A stretch of 54,168 bases of DNA from Chiloscyllium plagiosum (Eukaryota): assembly GCF_004010195.1 (NCBI RefSeq), contig NC_057719.1, positions 16,233,641 to 16,287,808 on the forward strand, in the 5' to 3' direction. Every line of letters starts with the position of its first letter. Position 1 is the first letter of the stretch. The notes under the pieces are model-generated. The model worked only from the letters and a program-made list of their open reading frames with translations, was not told the DNA's origin and did no database searches. Shown here piece after piece: positions 51,453 through 54,168 of the stretch. The position numbers were made by a program, and so were the translations under genes.

Positions 51453-52076
51453 CTTCTCTTTCATCACAGAAACTAAAGGCCAATGAAATATCACTAGAAA
51501 TCGATTTCTCTGCTGTTTCACATCAGAATCCATCCCAGGTATTAATTATTCTCGGCTAGAAAAGTCTTTTCATGACATCAGTCCTCAACTTTTGTTTTGC
51601 TTTGACTGCACAAATCTTTCTTGTCCCATTGAATATTTTATACAACTCAACAAAGTCCCCAATCTTTTACATCCCATCATGGCCAAAATGCCCAAATGCT
51701 GAATACCCAAAGGCACCAGATAGGCACGTTATACTTAAGGTCCTGTAAGTATATATCTGTAGAGGGAGAGATGTCTCTCAGCACATTTTCAAAGGACACC
51801 CAGGAGCTGAGACAGTAATGGATAGAATCCTGTGATTTTACAATTAATTTAAACCATCAGAGCTCACTGACTATTGCTGAGTGCATTAAGTGTGTGCTTG
51901 GGATGAGTGCTGGTCATAAAATATATCTTCAAAGAATTTGGGAACAAAAGACAATCAATGCCAACCAGGTCATTTAATTCATTTTAAATCTACCTAATCT
52001 CAATGTCATTAGCTACTCAGATATCTTCACTTTTATCCTCTCCCTACATCATGATGTAAAGAGGTTGCACAGTTTT

Positions 52077-52119
52077 TATGTGTGTGTGTATATATATATG
52101 TATATAAAATATATATAAA
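52077..52119. repeat. (TG)n(TA)n microsatellite
   Basis: Seen directly. Confidence 0.8.
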
Positions 52120-52306
52120 ATGCACCAAATCATTCATTTTGCATCAAGCTCTTCTATATTAGTCTTACCAGTTCAATAGAGGGTGTTAAAATATCTAAAA
52201 AAAAGCAAATATACAACTTTTTTCTTTCCAGATTGAACAAACGGGATAGATCAAGATGGGAGCAAGTTGATTTTTGCAGTCCTTTATGAATAAAGCAACA
52301 ACATAC

Positions 52307-52573
52307 CCACACAGTTGTTATTCTCATCCAGGGTGTAGCCAAAACGACAGACCAGAGATCTCGGTGGAATAGGATACCTGGGTATTGAGGCTGGTTGGTA
52401 GACAGAAGTTTCGGTGCGCCCGTTCGATGAAGATGCAGGGTACGTGGGATTAGATGGTCCATTTGCCAGGACGAGAGCAGCAGTCCTTGGCAAGCACAAG
52501 TATCCTCCATTGTGATTGATGCATCTCATGTCCCCTTTACAGGCATCCGGGATGGTTTGGCACTCATTAATAT
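52307..52573 (-). CDS. fbln5: Fibulin-5 exon: first modified cbEGF module with Pro/Ser-rich insertion (equivalent to human exon 4)
   Basis: 267 nt, cag|AT...GTG G|gtatg, phase 1/1. Translates [89 protein letters not shown], resembling human FBLN5 as I recall it ([31 protein letters not shown]...RPLICRFGYQMDESNQCV). Confidence 0.93.
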
Positions 52574-52696
52574 CTGTGGAAATTTAAAGGAAAGGAAGAA
52601 TTGATCAGTCATGTTACCTTCTTTACCTTGCTCAATGATTTCCTTTCCCTCAGTAACCACCTTTTTTGAGTCATTGAGTGGTCAGCACAATGAGAT

Positions 52697-52753
52697 CTTT
52701 CTCTCTCCCTCTCTCCCTCTCTCCCTCTCTCACTCTCTCCCTCTCTCCCTCTT
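52697..52753. repeat. (CTCTCTCC)n microsatellite
   Basis: Seen directly. Confidence 0.85.
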
Positions 52754-53224
52754 CAAAGGTAAAATGAGCAATGGACCAGACTGCCATCATAGTGTGTGAG
52801 ATGTTGTGATGCACAGGGAGACCTTAGCAGCATAACCACACCCATCTACAAGTGATGCACTGTCAGAATGACACTCATTGATTGGGATGATAAATTACAG
52901 TCACTTTTTCAGATTCAGATGGTGGTTAAAAATTCTATGGCACTGTGTGGATGAACAATTGGCTTGTGAGCTGGTCAACATTCCCTCTTCAATTTATTAC
53001 CCCTGTGCTGGCTCTGTGGCAGCAATTTTGCCTCTCACTCAAACATTGATGATTGCAAGCCTGATTTTCTTTCTGAGACTGCAGCACATAATGCAGCCAA
53101 AATGCACAGTAACTGCCTTTGCTGTTTGAATTCGTGTATCACTGAACATCGGAGTGCATCTGGGAAAATTAACAAACAGTGAAATTCACAACTAATCTTG
53201 GAGGAACTGAAGTTCACAGCACAG

Positions 53225-54168
53225 AATCAGATAAGTTAATTGTTGTTTTAAGTCTGTCCAAGAGAAAGGCTGTATTAGTGAGTACAGTGGGTTCTTTCTT
53301 GATGATATGTTTCTGGAGATAAGTCTCTTGATTAAACTTAAAATATAAGCCATTGCTATTAATTTAACCTGTGGCAGTGTTTGTAGAGGAATAACACAGC
53401 ATTATTTTCTGGGTCTGTCGATTGTGAAGGAGGAAAAATGGCTTTTACAGTGATACGTACTTCTTGTCAGATGTGGGAGTTTAAAGAGAGTTTAAGGGTT
53501 ACTGCGGATTATATCAGCCATAAATGCTGTTGGATGAGAATCTTATCAGATCAAGTGGATCGGTTGGAGAGACAGATAGAAGCGATGAAGAATTTGCAAC
53601 AGCAACAGTATGTGATGGATGGCAGCTATAGAAAGGGGGGAAAGTCTCAGATACAGTCACATAGATGGGTTAACTCCAGGAAGGGTAAGAGAGGTAGGCA
53701 ACCAGAGCAGGAGTCTTTTGTAGATATACCCATTTCAAACAGGTATGCTGTTTTGGATAATGTAGGGGGTGATGGATTATCAGGGGAACGTAGCACAAAC
53801 AGCCAAGTTTCTGGTATTGAGACTGGCTCTAATGCAACGAGGAGTACGTCAGCTTCCAAGGATTCTGTAGTCAGAGGCACGGACAGACGTTTCTGTGGCC
53901 AGCAGAGAAAAAGCAGAATGGTGTGTTGTTTCCCTGGTGCCAGGATCAAGGATGTCTCAGAGAGGGTGCAGAATGTTCTCATGGGGGAGGGGGGCCAGCA
54001 GGAGGTCATTGTCCACATTGGAACCAACGACATTGGAAGGGAAAAGGTTGAGACTCTGAAGGGAGATTACAGAGAGTTAGGTAGAACTTTAAAAAGGAGG
54101 TCCTCAAGGGTAGTAATATTTGGATTACTCCCAGTGCTACGAGCTAGTGAGGGCAGGAATAGGAGGAT
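53225..54168 (+). mobile_element. CR1 LINE 5' end: 5'UTR and ORF1 (Zn-finger/coiled coil + SGNH esterase-like), open from ATG 53438 to the window edge
   Basis: 243 stop-free codons MAFTVIRTSCQMWEF...NRYAVL...DSVVRGTDRRFCG..VCCFPGARIKDVSER..IVHIGTNDIG. Missed by the ORF track because no stop occurs in the window. Confidence 0.9.

Overview
Eukaryotic DNA from a cartilaginous fish, most likely a shark. The organism is inferred from HE1-type V-SINEs, Deu-domain SINEs and the CR1/Penelope families present. The only host gene is fibulin-5 (fbln5) on the minus strand. Four consecutive phase-1 exons encoding calcium-binding EGF modules lie at 52307-52573, 23405-23527, 20025-20141 and 16227-16346 (627 nt, about 1% of the window). 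The 23405 and 16227 exons are missing from the ORF track. The rest is intron filled with decayed mobile DNA: many CR1 LINEs, tRNA-derived SINEs, Penelope-like elements (PLEs), a PIF/Harbinger transposase relic, at least one solo LTR, two tandem duplications and a 740-N assembly gap. Two observations stand out. First, minimal hammerhead-ribozyme motifs recur inside short inverted-repeat PLE insertions, some on the fbln5 sense strand. Second, the fibulin-5 N-terminal module reads KGD where mammals have the integrin-binding RGD. Repeat boundaries were set by eye and are approximate; exon, TSD and IR coordinates were counted base by base. I see no evidence of a wholly new protein-coding system.
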